In this document: piece after piece, positions 61,845 to 64,000 of the stretch | Layout of the letters: every line of letters starts with the position of its first letter | How positions within the stretch are numbered: the stretch's first letter is position 1 | Assembly (NCBI GenBank): GCA_963829055.1 | Contig: CAWHHI010000020.1 | Location: 64,001-128,000, forward strand | From: an uncultured Gemmatimonadaceae bacterium | GTDB lineage: Bacteria; Gemmatimonadota; Gemmatimonadetes; Gemmatimonadales; Gemmatimonadaceae | Reading direction: 5' to 3' | Length of the DNA stretch: 64,000 bases | Position numbers and translations under genes: made by a program | Notes under the pieces: generated by a model | What the model was told of the DNA's origin: nothing | Database searches by the model: none | Seen by the model: only the letters and a program-made list of their open reading frames with translations

Positions 61845-64000
61845 CTACGCGGCGGATCCTCCTCGCGATCCAGGCGAGTGAGGCGATGCACGCAGACGAT
61901 CGATGGGACTGCGACGATCCGTCCTTTCGCCGGGCCACCAGTTCCACCGCCCTGCGAGCACCAGCAACGCTGGACTCACCGCCAAACGCATCACCGTCGC
62001 ATCGAGCAACACCGCGACGGCGAGCGCGAAGCCGAGCATCTTCATCAGCAGAAACTCCCCGAACATGAACGCGCCGAACACCACGAGCATGATCGCCGCC
62101 GCGCTCGTGATCAGTCGTCCAGTGTGCACCAGCCCGGAAGCGATCGCGTCGCGCTCGCCGAGGCCGGCCAGACGCGCCTCACGCACACGCGCGACGAGAA
62201 ACACCTCGTAGTCCATGCTCAGACCGAAAACGACACAGAAGACGAGCACCGGAATCGCCGGAAAGATGCCGTCGAGCGGACCTGCCACTCCCAGCAGCGA
62301 CGCGCCGATCCCATCCTGAAAGACGACCGTCACGGCGCCGAACGCGCCAGCTACTACCAACAGGTTGAGCACGATCGCCTTGAGCGGCACGAGCACCGAC
62401 CGAAAGCCGACCGCGAGCACGAGAAAGGTCGCGACTACGATCAGCATCACCACCTGCATGAAACGCGATCGCCCCGCAACCGCCGCCTCGTAGTCGACGT
62501 TGAGCGCCGGAAGTCCGCCAACGCTGAGACGTGCTGCTCCCACGGGAGTGACCATCAACGGTTGCACGGAGCGAATGCGCCTGACGAGCGCCGCGAGGTC
62601 GTGCGGCGTCGTTGCTTCGCGCGGAATTACCTCCAGCAGTGCGACACGCCCATCGCGGCTGACGAACGATCGTCGCACGTCGTCCGGAAGCGCCGCGAGC
62701 AACGCCTCTCTCGCTATCAGACTGCCCATCGGCGCGAGCAGCCCAGGCAGAGACCGCACGCGCTCCACCGCGGAATCAGCAACGAGCGAACGCGCGAGAC
62801 GAGTGGTTGCCGCCCAACCGCTGTCATCCACCGCTGAGACGCCGCGCGGGAATTCCAGCGTCAGGCGGATGGTCTGGACGACAGCACTCCGGCCCATCGC
62901 TCCGAGAGAGCGCAGCGCGATAGCCGACTCCATCTCCTTCGGGAGCCAGTCCCCGCGCGGCTGCGTCGCATTCAGCCGCAAGCCCTGCCACGCCAACAGG
63001 CATACCGGAAGACCTGACAACAGCAGTACGCGGCTTGGATGACGCGTGACGAAGTCAGCCCACGCACGCCATCCAAATCCGGAGCGCGACGCGTCTCTGC
63101 ATGACGCGCAAGCGTCCTGCGTCTACCCGGTGGCCGAGGGCCGCCAGAATTCCCGGAAGCAGCGTCGTTGCCACGAGCATCGAGACGCCAGTCACGAGCA
63201 GTCCGCCAATCGCCACCGAGCGCAGCTCGTTGACGGGCATCACGGCCAGCGCACTGAAGCCGATCGCTACCGCGCATCCCGCCAGAAGAATCGTTGGTCC
63301 GGCATGACGGAGGGCCTCGCGTGCCGCGAGCTCACGCTCATGCCCAACGCGCAACTCCTCACGGAAGCGCGCGAGCACCAGCAGCGAGTAGTCGATGCCG
63401 AGTCCCAAACCGATCATCGTGACGACGTTCTGCAGCAGAATCGACAGCGACCACGCATGCGCGACGAACGCGGCGATGCCTAACGTCACGCCGATTGCGA
63501 GCAGCGCGCCGGCCACTGGCAGAAACGCGGCGACGATTGCGCCGAACGCAACGAACAGCAACACCAGCGTCACCGGAGCCGCACGCCACTCGGCGCTCCG
63601 CGCATCAGCCGCGCTCGTCCGGCGGAGGTCGGCGTTGAGCGCCACTTGTCCGGTCCATCGCATCGTCGCGGCGGGATGGTCGCGCCGGAGCGCTATCTCG
63701 AATCGGCGCGTCGCCTGGCGCAGCGTGTCGAGCAGTACATCTGCCTGACGCTGCTCGTCGAGACCCACGATCATGAATGTGCCACGCGCGGTGTCACTCC
63801 GCGTGTCGACGAAGAGCGGCTCGTGTCCATCGAGATAGGAGATCACGCGAGTCACGCCGCGAATCGCCTGCACCGAGTCGACGAGCGTGCGCAACACATC
63901 GCCGCCGAGCGGTGTTTGTGGCGATGGAACACCCGTCGCCGCCAGAACGACGGACTGCGCGAACGGCGACTGGAAGCGGCGCGCCAGCTGTTCATCCACC
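61845..64000 (-). CDS. MMPL/RND family transporter (5' end outside the window, frameshift near 63060)
   Basis: GLGLGIDYSLL, FGLSMDYEVFL, TGRLITSAAAIM, GRWNWWP. Confidence 0.92.

Noticed and set aside
1324..63100. Many single-base frameshifts (regulator, kinase, histidine kinase, trpS, hicA, MMPL and others) as programmed frameshifting or mass pseudogenisation
   Set aside because: Scattered indels in otherwise intact genes with no shared slippery motif; most simply long-read consensus errors. Read polishing is needed to decide.
415..63484. CCTAAC motif as Chi/KOPS or a telomere-like TTAGGC repeat
   Set aside because: Roughly balanced on both strands (40:35), unlike polar Chi/KOPS, and never tandem
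1..64000. Long Arg/Ala/Pro-rich alternative ORFs; tRNA, rRNA, transposase or prophage genes
   Set aside because: Alternative ORFs are high-GC shadow frames of recognisable genes; no RNA gene, transposase or phage hallmark was recognised by eye

Overview
High-GC (~68% by eye) bacterial accessory region, most likely Gemmatimonadota. This is inferred from ERELGGGGMSRVF-type Ser/Thr kinase-TPR genes, duplicated orphan ABC permeases with PadR, and many secreted amidohydrolases. It holds about 55 genes and gene fragments: SBP56, LuxR/AraC/ArsR/PadR/NarL regulators, a serine hydrolase, a second-type TrpRS, VOC proteins, SDRs, an OYE, HicBA, an ABC-F and an MMPL. Many carry single-base frameshifts that look like long-read errors. 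No rRNA, tRNA, CRISPR array, transposase or intact integrase was seen. Main unexplained signals: (1) a non-palindromic heptamer CCTAACG/CGTTAGG, which matches the integron core site GTTAGGC, recurs about every 850 bp on both strands, inside genes in every frame (often via rare codons) and at gene ends; (2) two homologous, integrase-less integron-like platforms (~41.0-41.3 kb and ~56.0-56.3 kb) each head a minus-strand cassette array with intact or eroded attC sites; (3) a leaderless Trp-Trp-Trp leader-peptide attenuator lies before trpS; (4) an SDR-OYE-AraC module is bracketed by a duplicated promoter, as if circularly permuted. All counts and alignments were done by eye.
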